Shown here one piece after another: positions 17,547-26,119 of a stretch of DNA of 28,752 bases (its first letter is position 1; each line of letters starts with the position of its first letter). This DNA is from a virus (Duplodnaviria; Caudoviricetes), in the IMG/VR virus record IMGVR_UViG_3300043296_000049, positions 1 to 28,752 of that record; one strand, 5' to 3'. The translations under genes were made by a program, and so were the position numbers. The notes under the pieces are model-generated. The model ran no database searches. It saw nothing but the letters and a program-made list of their open reading frames with translations, and was not told where the DNA came from.

Positions 17547-18554
17547 TTATGCTCCCTCCGCCTGAGCTTCTTTATCGTACGTCGCGTACGACTTCAGATA
17601 CTTGTTGCGGAGCACTGGATCGTCCCACACACCAGCCTCGATCATTGCTTCTTTTCGATCAGGGCTGATATAAACTTCGTTCTTCCTCAATGGACGTTCC
17701 CGTCCACCAGTTCGGAACTGCGGCCCACGATTGCGAGGTGTCTCTTGCCCATTGGGCTTACCACCTGCGTTTTCGTCGCCTCGGTTACCGGTTCGCGAAT
17801 CGTACCGGTTGGGTAATGCTTCTGCGGAACGAGCACGCAGCTCATCCCAATAATCTTTGCTCGTGGGATCGAATCCCTCTTGAACCAGTGATCGGTCAAT
17901 CTGCAAAAGTGTTGCAGAGTCCGGATCACGTCCAGATGGATCCCACCAGTCGTTATCGACCATGAACTGCTGCGCATGCGCCACATGGCGTGGATCCAAA
18001 TCTCTCGGCTCGACCTGTGGTCGTCGTTGAGGTTGTGAGAGGTAATTTTTCGCCTGTTCGAGATCACGCATGTTGTCGCGGATAGTGTCGCGGTGGTCAA
18101 GTGCCTCAGCGAGGTTTTTACCATCGTTCGCAGCGACTGCCTGCTCGATAACTTGATTGGCAAGAGCGAGGTCGCCCCGTGCCTTGGTAATCCCCTGATC
18201 AATGCTGTGAATTTCACTACCAGCGATGCGGGCGTCAGTTTCTTGCTCGAATTTACTGAAGCGTTGCTCCAGCTGTTCGTTGCGCGTGCGAAGGAAGTTG
18301 AGTTCGCGATCACTACGGTCGCGTGCTTCCTTCTGACGCTGACGACGTGTTTTGTTTTCAGAGCGGCGTCGAGTTTGCTTGTCCTCGGGGTCCTCTTGGT
18401 CGCCAGCTAGACGTTCGTCTTGCGGCTCACCTTCGTCGTCAATATCGTCGTCATGCTCGTCGTCATCTACTTGACCTTCCGGTATTTCGACGGCAACAAA
18501 TTCTTCTTCGTGCTCGTCGTCTTCAATTTCGACTTTTTCATTTTCAGGGGACAT
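17547..18554 (-). CDS. Putative capsid scaffolding protein, 335 aa
   Basis: Acidic N-terminus, long coiled coil, NDWW motif and helical C-terminus; lies between portal and capsid genes; AGGAGGT SD. Confidence 0.7.
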   Translation of the reverse strand: MSPENEKVEIEDDEHEEEFVAVEIPEGQVDDDEHDDDIDDEGEPQDERLAGDQEDPEDKQTRRRSENKTRRQRQKEARDRSDRELNFLRTRNEQLEQRFSKFEQETDARIAGSEIHSIDQGITKARGDLALANQVIEQAVAANDGKNLAEALDHRDTIRDNMRDLEQAKNYLSQPQRRPQVEPRDLDPRHVAHAQQFMVDNDWWDPSGRDPDSATLLQIDRSLVQEGFDPTSKDYWDELRARSAEALPNRYDSRTGNRGDENAGGKPNGQETPRNRGPQFRTGGRERPLRKNEVYISPDRKEAMIEAGVWDDPVLRNKYLKSYATYDKEAQAEGA

Positions 18555-18564
18555 GCTTTACCTC

Positions 18565-19014
18565 CTACAGATAAGCGATGACGTCCATGGGATTACAAGT
18601 GATCTCACCGATAAGATCGAGATCGTTGTACAAAACGAAACATGCCTGATCGGCACCAGATGAATCACGCACACTGGCAGAGAGATCGACCATCCACTTG
18701 TCGCCACCGAACTTCGGTACGCGCACATAGGTTCCGATCTCACACCATTCACCTTCAGGCCAAACTTCCAGAGAGTCGCGATTCTTAAAAGCGCCGGGTC
18801 CAAGCGCGATGACTTTAGCCACTTGAGTGTTCCAGAACTCAGTGTCCTTGGTATCATCCGGAACGATGATTCCACCCTTCGTGACCGAACGTGGTGAACG
18901 CTTCTGAACCAAAACTCTTGAGCCAAACGGTACCAGACCGGGATCGGCCTCCGGAAAGGCTTGATCAATCGAGTCGTAAGCCAAAATTGTTCGTACGCTT
19001 GCTACCATGGTCAC
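18565..19014 (-). CDS. groES: GroES-like co-chaperonin (Cpn10), 149 aa (alternative start 19008)
   Basis: PFGSRVLVQ....VTKGGIIVP (mobile loop), AKVIALGPG, VPKFGG, LYNDLDLIG match the Cpn10 pattern. Confidence 0.85.
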   Translation of the reverse strand: MTMVASVRTILAYDSIDQAFPEADPGLVPFGSRVLVQKRSPRSVTKGGIIVPDDTKDTEFWNTQVAKVIALGPGAFKNRDSLEVWPEGEWCEIGTYVRVPKFGGDKWMVDLSASVRDSSGADQACFVLYNDLDLIGEITCNPMDVIAYL

Positions 19015-19212
19015 TCAGATCCTGTCTTCGTCTTCCCCAACAACTTCCTCGAACAGCTGCTCGGCGCGACACAAGCCATGATAAGTGCCACTTGCTTCAC
19101 CGTATCCGAAGGCTGATTTATCCTTCGGTGTCGCGAGCAATGCGATGCACCCGGCCTGTTCCTCTTTCAGCCTCTGCAAAAACTTCTGCAGAATTACGTT
19201 CTCGGCGGACAT
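19015..19212 (-). CDS. Small hypothetical protein, 65 aa
   Basis: YGEASGTYHGL helical motif; abuts the GroES-like gene. Confidence 0.7.
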   Translation of the reverse strand: MSAENVILQKFLQRLKEEQAGCIALLATPKDKSAFGYGEASGTYHGLCRAEQLFEEVVGEDEDRI

Positions 19213-19236
19213 ATTAGCCCTAACCTTATGTAAAGT

Positions 19237-19443
19237 CTAAGCCGGTGTCATTCGAGACGCTGGAACTTTGCCCCCTCGGGGACCTCCAGTGTCACCAGAT
19301 GACGAAATTGTGCCACCTTTTCCCATGCCGCCTTTCAGGTTCACGTCGCCACCTTTGTTAGCCGTATTGGCTTTGCGCAAGGGTTTCCCAGTAGCCAGCA
19401 ACTTGTGCTGGTTCATTGGTCCTGCTGGATATTTGTTTTTCAT
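19237..19443 (-). CDS. Small basic Gly-rich protein, 68 aa
   Basis: Strong GGAG SD; NKGG, LKGG, GKGG and PRGG motifs. Confidence 0.7.
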   Translation of the reverse strand: MKNKYPAGPMNQHKLLATGKPLRKANTANKGGDVNLKGGMGKGGTISSSGDTGGPRGGKVPASRMTPA

Positions 19444-19520
19444 CGTCTCCTCTCCTGTTGAATTATGGAGTCCTTACGGAACAGTAATGTCAGCTAAGAT
19501 CTGCTTCTCGGATCCACTCG

Positions 19521-22148
19521 TCAAGTATCCGTGCGTGGTCGAGGGTTCGTAGAACCTTTTCCCGACGTGATCTTCGCCCGATCAGTTACTGCCTTGACGC
19601 CTGCGATTTCAAGTGCCGTGGCATTATCCTCAGCATTAAGAACCTCGCTGGAAGCGATTTTCATTTCAGTACGCTCGTCTTCTGCACGCTCGCGCTCCAC
19701 CAGCTCTTTGAGTCGAGCAGCGTACTCCTGAGCTTTCCGGGCTTCGTCTTGTGCAGCGTCTAGAGCCTTCTGTCGCTCCTCGGCTTCAAGCTCCATAAAC
19801 GTCTTCTCTCGGTCATGCTCGCGCTGTTCGCGCTTGTCTACGAGAGTCAGTTGTGTACGCTCGGTCTCTCTTTCGTGTCTGGCTTGATCTGCTTCGCGCT
19901 CCTGCTCGATAGCAGCCATTGCATTCGGATCGACCGGCGGCTGCGGATCTTCTGGTTCCAGATCCTGCATAACTTGCTGCAGTTGCTCAACGACAGGCAT
20001 GAGCCCGGACAGAACATTGTCCATCGCAGGGATCACTTCCGCAGACTGGTACGCGAGAGTCTTGTCCATCTCTTTACGCACTTCAGGATCGGAGAGACGC
20101 ATCATCTGCGTGAACTGGTCGTCGGTCATTCCGCTAGCTGCCTTCAATAAATCAACGTTGTACGTGACGTAGTAAAGTGCCACATGCTCGATGATGTGCC
20201 CCATGAGCATGGGGATAAACCGAGGCGCAATTAACGGATTCATTCCGAGTGCTGGTGACACCGCGTAATCGAGATGCACCTGCAAGTGAGCTAAGTGATC
20301 TTGTGACGGGAACGCAGCCACAGGTCTGCCCATGGTCATCGCTGCGTTCTCGTTGACGGCATTCGTCTCCTCCGGCGTGTCGTCGGGGAGTAACAGCTCG
20401 TCTGGATTTGGTATCTTCGTGCGCTCAAGGATGCGTTTTTCAACTTCCTTGACGTTGTAAACCTCGGGCATCTGCGCAGCACGATCTGCGACGATTTGTA
20501 ACTGAGCCATGCGCTGAACGTCGGAGAAGATCTCCGGATCTGCAACTGGCAAGACGTCGTACGGTGGATCAAAATCTTTCCGGTATGCGAGTAGCTCTCC
20601 GTGCTCGTCTTTCAGCTCTTCCTCGTCGAGGTACATCCGGTTGATGCGGCATAGGATGCTGAGCACCTTGTCCATGGCTTGGTACATACGCAGGTGAATA
20701 GCGCTGAAGACAGTCATGCCTTCCTCGATCAGTGCGAGTGTCGTACCAACCGGCATGTTCGTATTCTGTTCACCCAGCTTCTCGAACGTTGTCTGAACAA
20801 GTCCACGTCCGAGACCGTCGCAAATACCCAGTAGCTCAACGAGCACATTCGACGGTGGATTGAACGGCACCGGCATGATCAGTTTACGGATGTCGTCGCC
20901 AGCTACACCACCTTCGATCTCGGTGATAGCAGCAACGCGCAGCTCCTTGCTCTGTCCACTGAAATTAGCCCCTTTTAGTCGAATGAGTGTGGGCAGGTTA
21001 TTCATATGAGCAGAGTCAAGGAGAGCACGAAGTGCGCCAGTGGCTGCTCCAGACAGGGAACCGATCATCTGGCCGAGGCCAACTGATCCGGCACCACGCC
21101 ACGGAATGAACGGGAACTCTACAGCCCAGTCCAGTTTCAGCTTGTTCTTATTGTCCTCTTCCCAGTTGCGATTGATCGCGCAAATCTTCTGAGAGGGACC
21201 GTGAAGGGTAATTCGGTAAGGCGCGTAACCGTGTTCGTCTTTCTTGCCTTCTGATTCAAACTCGTCGCAATAACAGAGGACTTCGTAGATGTTGTGCAGT
21301 CCGTCTTCATTGAACGCTTGCAGGTTTTCTTTGCCTTCTACAGCGTCGGTCGCTTTTTGTGGACGGGATTCTTCTTCTACGATTCCGGCTTTGATCATTT
21401 CAGGACCGAGGTCGGAGTACATACCTGCCTTCACACGTTGGTCGTATTCAAACTCGGTGATGTGATCGACGAAGGTGACGCGATCTGATGTGTAAAAATT
21501 CGAGGCCGCGTAGGGGATGTAAACGTCGTCACTGGGCCAGTACTGTGGCACGGGACGTTTCTTTTGGTCATCCCAGACGAGTCGCATGTATTGCGAGCCA
21601 CCCAGCGGCGTTTGTGATAAGAGCTGTTCCAGCTCCGTTCTGAAATCTGGCATCTGCTTTAAGAACTGCCAGTTCATATAATTCTTGATGCGGTCTGCTT
21701 TCTTGAAGCGAGCTATTTCGGGATTGTCACCGGGGACGTACATTTTCACTGGACCGTTCGGTGGCATCAGCTCCTTGATCGCGCGTGATTGGAAATCCAC
21801 CACCGCTTCAGTGAGCATGGGGTGTACTGCTTTAGAGGCACCTTCGAAGTCCGCGCCTCCGGGAGTTTCCTTACCCAGTCCCGTGCGCTTGATCGCTTCC
21901 TCGTAATCCTTCTCCCGTTTCTCACGCGCTTTTTTGTCGCGTTCGATATCCTCCAGCAACCGGGTTGCGATTTTGGTTTTTACGCCCTCGTCAAAATCGT
22001 CTGCGATATTGTCGAACCACTCACGGTTAGGTGCGTTAGATTCTTCCCCAACTGTGACGATGGCACCACCGTCGTCGGTATCGACTACTTTGTCTTCGAC
22101 GGTTGTGAATTCTTCTACGGAACCAACTTGGTCTTCGGGTGTTGCCAT
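19521..22148 (-). CDS. Portal protein, 875 aa
   Basis: FEGASKAVHPMLTEAVVDFQSRAIKELMPPNGPVK, ATGALRALLDS, NMPVGTTLALIE, PVADPEIFS, AFPSQDHLAH and a long C-terminal coiled-coil barrel. Downstream of terL. Confidence 0.9.
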   Translation of the reverse strand: MATPEDQVGSVEEFTTVEDKVVDTDDGGAIVTVGEESNAPNREWFDNIADDFDEGVKTKIATRLLEDIERDKKAREKREKDYEEAIKRTGLGKETPGGADFEGASKAVHPMLTEAVVDFQSRAIKELMPPNGPVKMYVPGDNPEIARFKKADRIKNYMNWQFLKQMPDFRTELEQLLSQTPLGGSQYMRLVWDDQKKRPVPQYWPSDDVYIPYAASNFYTSDRVTFVDHITEFEYDQRVKAGMYSDLGPEMIKAGIVEEESRPQKATDAVEGKENLQAFNEDGLHNIYEVLCYCDEFESEGKKDEHGYAPYRITLHGPSQKICAINRNWEEDNKNKLKLDWAVEFPFIPWRGAGSVGLGQMIGSLSGAATGALRALLDSAHMNNLPTLIRLKGANFSGQSKELRVAAITEIEGGVAGDDIRKLIMPVPFNPPSNVLVELLGICDGLGRGLVQTTFEKLGEQNTNMPVGTTLALIEEGMTVFSAIHLRMYQAMDKVLSILCRINRMYLDEEELKDEHGELLAYRKDFDPPYDVLPVADPEIFSDVQRMAQLQIVADRAAQMPEVYNVKEVEKRILERTKIPNPDELLLPDDTPEETNAVNENAAMTMGRPVAAFPSQDHLAHLQVHLDYAVSPALGMNPLIAPRFIPMLMGHIIEHVALYYVTYNVDLLKAASGMTDDQFTQMMRLSDPEVRKEMDKTLAYQSAEVIPAMDNVLSGLMPVVEQLQQVMQDLEPEDPQPPVDPNAMAAIEQEREADQARHERETERTQLTLVDKREQREHDREKTFMELEAEERQKALDAAQDEARKAQEYAARLKELVERERAEDERTEMKIASSEVLNAEDNATALEIAGVKAVTDRAKITSGKGSTNPRPRTDT

Positions 22149-22504
22149 CAGTTGACGCTCCCGTATTTCCCATGCATAAGATCAGCAGCGTGCTGAACAA
22201 TGTTGGCGAACGCACATACGGGGCACCCGGCGTTCTCTTCTACAACTCGGTCAGGACCGAAGATCTCCAGCGCACCCATGTTGAGCATGTTGCAGGCTTC
22301 CCAACAGGGATCCAGCTCTCCAGAGGCAAACTTGGCGTTGAGTTCGTCGGCTGTTGCGGCAATTTGGTCATCGAGGCCGCGATCTTTCAGGGCAAACATC
22401 AGTTCTGCCCAGTGCCCCTCACACCACTTGATTTGCTTCAGATCGCTGCTCGCAGGGAGTTCCATGGTAGGAACGTCGAGCAGTAGGGCTTCGCGGTCAC
22501 CCAT
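22148..22504 (-). CDS. Hypothetical Cys/His-containing protein, 118 aa
   Basis: WCEGH, CWEAC, CPVC; overlaps both terL and the portal gene (TGATG). Confidence 0.7.
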   Translation of the reverse strand: MGDREALLLDVPTMELPASSDLKQIKWCEGHWAELMFALKDRGLDDQIAATADELNAKFASGELDPCWEACNMLNMGALEIFGPDRVVEENAGCPVCAFANIVQHAADLMHGKYGSVN

Positions 22505-24092
22505 AAGGATTCTCTTTCTTCTTCAACCGTCGCTCCGCAATCTCTTTCGCACGTGCACGCTCCTTGGATTCGACGGAGTCTACCACGGTAAACGGACCAA
22601 AGAATTTATCCATGAGCAGGCGCAGACCTTGAGTGGCTGTGTCAAGCAGGTCGTCGCGTTCCGTGGAACCGGGACCGACGTAGGAACAGACCTGAGAGAT
22701 CAGTGGATCCGCCCAAGTCTTAAACTGCCCCGGATTTATTTCTGACTCAACTGCCCATACCCGTCCTGCCGCAAACATTGGTGAAACGTAATGAAGCCTC
22801 GTTAGTTTGTCTTCATTACCCGGATTGTAGCCGTGAGTCAAGATGTTCTCTTCCGCGAGCTGCTGACGAATTGATATCCCGGACGCTTTTTCTTCGATCA
22901 GAATGATGTCGGCCAGACGTCCCTGATGCTTTGCGCGCTGTGATTTCGGCTTGATAACTGGCTTCAGAATCGGCTCGTCCGCGTCACCGTAGGTGTACGA
23001 CATCTCTTTCTTGATGCGACGCACGAGATTAGGGAAGCCCAGCCAGTCTTCCCATGCGTCGAGCAAGACAACGTGTGGCAGCGGAGGCTTACCCTGTCGC
23101 GGCATCATGAACACGCCCCACACTGATGACGCTGTTGGGTCGCTCTCCATTTTCTTCTTGTCGTAGTTGCGTTCCTTGAATGCGGGATCGATGGACATGA
23201 CGATGAAGCTGAACTTCGGCAGAGGCTTGTCTTTCGGCCAAACGCGCCACTGGCTGCGCTTGACGAACCCTTCCTCCTCCGGATCCAACACCTCACCGTG
23301 AATTTCTTGACGACCGACACGCGTGCCTTCGTATTTAGAAATGGATTCGAAGAAGTACGAGGTCAGGTTGTCGCGGTTCTCATACGTGGCACCGACCACA
23401 TCTGCCACTCGCTTATCCTTCTGCAACCTGCGCACGAATGGTGTCGGCTTCGGCGTACCCGTTACGCACATGCGGGGTGTTTCGCCGAGACGCAAGCCGA
23501 ACATCATGTTGTCCCAAGCTTCCTGTGGATACTTCCACGATGCGATCTCGTCACACCAGATAGCTGCATGCTGTGGTCCACGTAATCGCTCAGGGGTATC
23601 CCCCGCAAACCCACGAATGATCGAGCCGTTCTTCAGGGTGAGGGAAGGCAGCGCTTGGTTACGATCATGAATGAGCTGCGGGGGAATTACGGAGAGAAGC
23701 CCGGTCGGTCCCTCGAAGCAGGTGTACCGGACGTCATCGTGTGTTGGTGATACTACCGCGTAGAAGCTGGGCACCATCCACGCCTGCTCGCCCATCCAGT
23801 TGGCTCCCGTGAGCGTCTTACCAAATCCGCGACCGGACCTGATAAGCCAGATGTTCTTCTCCATCGAGAGGAACTCTTCCGGCGGGAGTTGCTTTGCACG
23901 TGCCATGCGTTGCCAGCAGATGCGCCAGCGCAGGAAGTGGAGGTCTTCCTCGGAGAACAACTGCAAGACTTCTGCAGTGTCCTCGGGGAGTTGGTCTTTT
24001 ATGTCGTCGGGTAGGTCATCGAAGTCGAAGTCGTAATCGAATTCTGGGGGCTGGTGGACGAGCCCAAAGTTTAGTGAGATAACCTGACCCAA
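22497..24092 (-). CDS. terL: Terminase large subunit, 531 aa
   Basis: Q motif (AKQ), Walker A SGRGFGKT, Walker B IWCDE, coupling motif TGTP, and RNase H-like nuclease motifs (SIDPA, IEEKASG, DDLLDT). TTG start. Confidence 0.95.
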   Translation of the reverse strand: MGQVISLNFGLVHQPPEFDYDFDFDDLPDDIKDQLPEDTAEVLQLFSEEDLHFLRWRICWQRMARAKQLPPEEFLSMEKNIWLIRSGRGFGKTLTGANWMGEQAWMVPSFYAVVSPTHDDVRYTCFEGPTGLLSVIPPQLIHDRNQALPSLTLKNGSIIRGFAGDTPERLRGPQHAAIWCDEIASWKYPQEAWDNMMFGLRLGETPRMCVTGTPKPTPFVRRLQKDKRVADVVGATYENRDNLTSYFFESISKYEGTRVGRQEIHGEVLDPEEEGFVKRSQWRVWPKDKPLPKFSFIVMSIDPAFKERNYDKKKMESDPTASSVWGVFMMPRQGKPPLPHVVLLDAWEDWLGFPNLVRRIKKEMSYTYGDADEPILKPVIKPKSQRAKHQGRLADIILIEEKASGISIRQQLAEENILTHGYNPGNEDKLTRLHYVSPMFAAGRVWAVESEINPGQFKTWADPLISQVCSYVGPGSTERDDLLDTATQGLRLLMDKFFGPFTVVDSVESKERARAKEIAERRLKKKENPYG

Positions 24093-24142
24093 GGGAGGTG
24101 CTTCCTATACGGTTGACCAAAGCTGACCTCGCCGAGGGTACA

Positions 24143-24171
24143 GAAAAAAGAAGGGACTCGCTAGGAGTCCC
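24143..24171 (-). terminator. Rho-independent terminator overlapping the stop codon of the 180-aa gene
   Basis: Minus strand GGGACTC-CTAGC-GAGTCCC (perfect 7-bp stem) followed by TTCTTTTTTC. Confidence 0.85.
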
Positions 24172-24703
24172 GTTCAGCTAACACCTTGGCGTAATAGCGT
24201 TTCTTCTTCTTCAGCTTCTTCAGCGCGTTGGTCGCACGTTTCAGCTTGGTCTCCCAGCGCACGATGTTCGCGTCCACTCTGTCTGCACGATCCACCTGCA
24301 CATCCTTTTCAGGCTTCGTCTTTGCGTAGGGTTCGTCGCGCAGGAACTTGCGACAGATGAGTGTTGCCCCGTCACGTTCGAACCGCAGTTGCTGGTTAGT
24401 GTGCGCACCTCCGGAGAGCTGACGTTCGAGCCAGTGACCCATGTCGTGGTTGATGTCGTGCCAGCCCTGATCAGGGTTGACAGTGAACACTCCCCAGCGA
24501 CACCACGTGCGTCGGTTCCCTGTCCCGATACGCAACTCGTACGGGAAGGGCTTCCTCATCACTTGCTTGTAAAATGCTCTGACGAAGTTTTTCGCAAGGT
24601 TCGGGTGAACGTTGCGTCGTTGCTCCGGCGTAGATTGCTCCTTCCAGATTGATTCAACTATTCGGTTGAATTCGTCCGGTGTTGGGACTTTTCTGATATG
24701 CAT
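24161..24703 (-). CDS. Hypothetical protein, 180 aa, His-rich putative metal site and basic C-terminal helix
   Basis: WHDINHDMGHW...GGAH; C-terminal WETKLKRATNALKKLKKKKRYY; AAGGA SD. Confidence 0.8.
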   Translation of the reverse strand: MHIRKVPTPDEFNRIVESIWKEQSTPEQRRNVHPNLAKNFVRAFYKQVMRKPFPYELRIGTGNRRTWCRWGVFTVNPDQGWHDINHDMGHWLERQLSGGAHTNQQLRFERDGATLICRKFLRDEPYAKTKPEKDVQVDRADRVDANIVRWETKLKRATNALKKLKKKKRYYAKVLAERDS

Positions 24704-24732
24704 CTCTGTTCCTTGTTTTGCACAGGAACGTT

Positions 24733-24761
24733 AGTATAGCACATCTAGAAAATTATTTCAC
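24733..24761 (-). promoter_or_regulatory. Sigma70-like promoter with extended -10
   Basis: Minus strand GTGAAA-17 nt-TATACT with TG-n directly before the -10 (TGCTATACT), in an AT-rich intergenic gap about 30 nt upstream of the ATG at 24703. Confidence 0.7.
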
Positions 24762-24779
24762 AGGAGCTTTCCGGGTCAA

Positions 24780-25007
24780 TCAGCAATAAGACTCGTCACC
24801 CTCCGGAACTGAGCCCGAACTGATGTGTTTCGCAGGTGGGTCGGTCAGAGTTCCTGACGCGCAATAAATGTAACTGCCGTCCTCCATCTTGTAGACCTCG
24901 ACATCGATCATCACGACGGGTGCGAGGAACACTCCAAAGATTAGCACCACCACGAGCGCTAATAGTAAGAGCTTACTTTGTAGGAACGCTATCAATTTAT
25001 CGATCAT
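24780..25007 (-). CDS. Small membrane protein, 75 aa
   Basis: Hydrophobic stretch LLLLALVVVLIFGVFLAPVVMI; GGAG SD; ATGA overlap. Confidence 0.65.
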   Translation of the reverse strand: MIDKLIAFLQSKLLLLALVVVLIFGVFLAPVVMIDVEVYKMEDGSYIYCASGTLTDPPAKHISSGSVPEGDESYC

Positions 25008-25180
25008 AACTTTCTCCAGTCAGATATTTTGAAGTGGTCGAACTCGATGCCGACAGTGATCATCGTTAACGCGAAGCAAGTCCACGGTCCTGTCTCGCCC
25101 AACACGAACAACCAGACGACGACCAGTTCAAGGAACCAGCGAATGATGTGACCTGCCATTTTGTAAATGTCGTCGTTCAT
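25004..25180 (-). CDS. Small membrane protein, 58 aa (MNDDIYKMAGHIIRWFLELVVVWLFVLGETGPWTCFALTMITVGIEFDHFKISDWRKL)
   Basis: Below the ORF-track cutoff; translated by hand. GGAGG SD and ATGA overlaps at both ends. Confidence 0.75.
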   Translation of the reverse strand: MNDDIYKMAGHIIRWFLELVVVWLFVLGETGPWTCFALTMITVGIEFDHFKISDWRKL

Positions 25181-25473
25181 AGATCCTCCGCTGCGCGCTC
25201 GTAAGCATCAATAAAGTCGTCAAGTTCATCTCGAATTTGGATCAGTGCGTCGCTCATTCGATTCACGCCTCCGGGCTTTGCGCCTTCCCCTGCCCAGAAC
25301 TCTAGACTTATCTGGTTGTCGCAATCGCGGAGATGTATTTCACCGCGCAGCTTTTTGCCGTCTAACCAGATGCATGAGTGTAATGAGGTCATGCCCCCCG
25401 CATGTACATCCTCAACGGGGCGCAGAAAAAACCGGTTGTTATGGATCAAATGGTCGTCTGTTTTGCCCTGCAC
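25177..25473 (-). CDS. Hypothetical protein, 98 aa
   Basis: GTG start with GGAG upstream; IHLRDCDNQISLEF and a helical C-terminus; coupled to the next gene. Confidence 0.65.
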   Translation of the reverse strand: MQGKTDDHLIHNNRFFLRPVEDVHAGGMTSLHSCIWLDGKKLRGEIHLRDCDNQISLEFWAGEGAKPGGVNRMSDALIQIRDELDDFIDAYERAAEDL

Positions 25474-26119
25474 TATCCCATCTCCAGCCAGTCAACGTCT
25501 CCGCACCTGTGTCCCATGTTACATCTAGTCGAGCCATATCGCTATTGCCTCGCTCGATGTTCTGTGGGTCGTAAGTTGGGTCGATAACTTTGTGGCTGTC
25601 GATGACCCACTGGCGAGCGTTCGCGATCATAAAGCGCGGCGAGACCTCGATGATCTTGTCGCCCAACATCTCTAGCATCATGTACTTAGAGATGCCCTGC
25701 AGGCTCACTGGCAATGCCGGAGCGGTCACGGCTGCACCATCGCTGTTGCGCACGACCGATGTAGCCATGACGTTGTTGACAACAGGATTCTCGGAGTAGA
25801 TCACCGGCACATCGTCGATGTACTGCACCCACGTGTGGACTCCGGGGAACCACTCGCACCAGAAGTATCCCGGCAAGTTTTGAAAGTTGCGCGGCACGCC
25901 GGGTGCCACAGTGACTTTGAAGAAGCCACCTGCGCCCTGTCCGTACAGATTCATTATCGGCCTGACGCAGTAGTCACCCGCTGGCACGATCATGCCGGTA
26001 GGTCCGCAGTTGTGGCCGAGACTTTCAGCCAGCGTCAGCTTGTTCATTATCCAGCGGTCCTGCTGCGGCAGCAGGGAGTAGACCTCGCGGTCTGAGATGT
26101 ACGGTGCCTCGGTAATCAT
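25439..26119 (-). CDS. ATP-grasp-like protein, 226 aa
   Basis: NKL, CVRPIMNLYGQG, WCEWFPG and LEM...IIEVSPR align in order with ATP-grasp motifs (DK, VKP..G.G, EFI.G, IEVNPR). Confidence 0.6.
   Translation of the reverse strand: MITEAPYISDREVYSLLPQQDRWIMNKLTLAESLGHNCGPTGMIVPAGDYCVRPIMNLYGQGAGGFFKVTVAPGVPRNFQNLPGYFWCEWFPGVHTWVQYIDDVPVIYSENPVVNNVMATSVVRNSDGAAVTAPALPVSLQGISKYMMLEMLGDKIIEVSPRFMIANARQWVIDSHKVIDPTYDPQNIERGNSDMARLDVTWDTGAETLTGWRWDSAGQNRRPFDP

Noticed and set aside
18558-18968. Alternative-frame 136-aa ORF over the GroES-like gene, and 4726..5016 over the 141-aa gene
   Set aside because: No SD or motif was noticed and there is no lipobox to suggest an embedded Rz1; the main frames explain the sequence.
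19474-19563. G_GGA_AAA heptamer near the portal 3' end with a -1 frame open to a TAA near 19474
   Set aside because: It adds only about 16 residues, no stimulator is evident, the normal C-terminus looks complete, and such a heptamer is likely by chance in a 2.6-kb gene.
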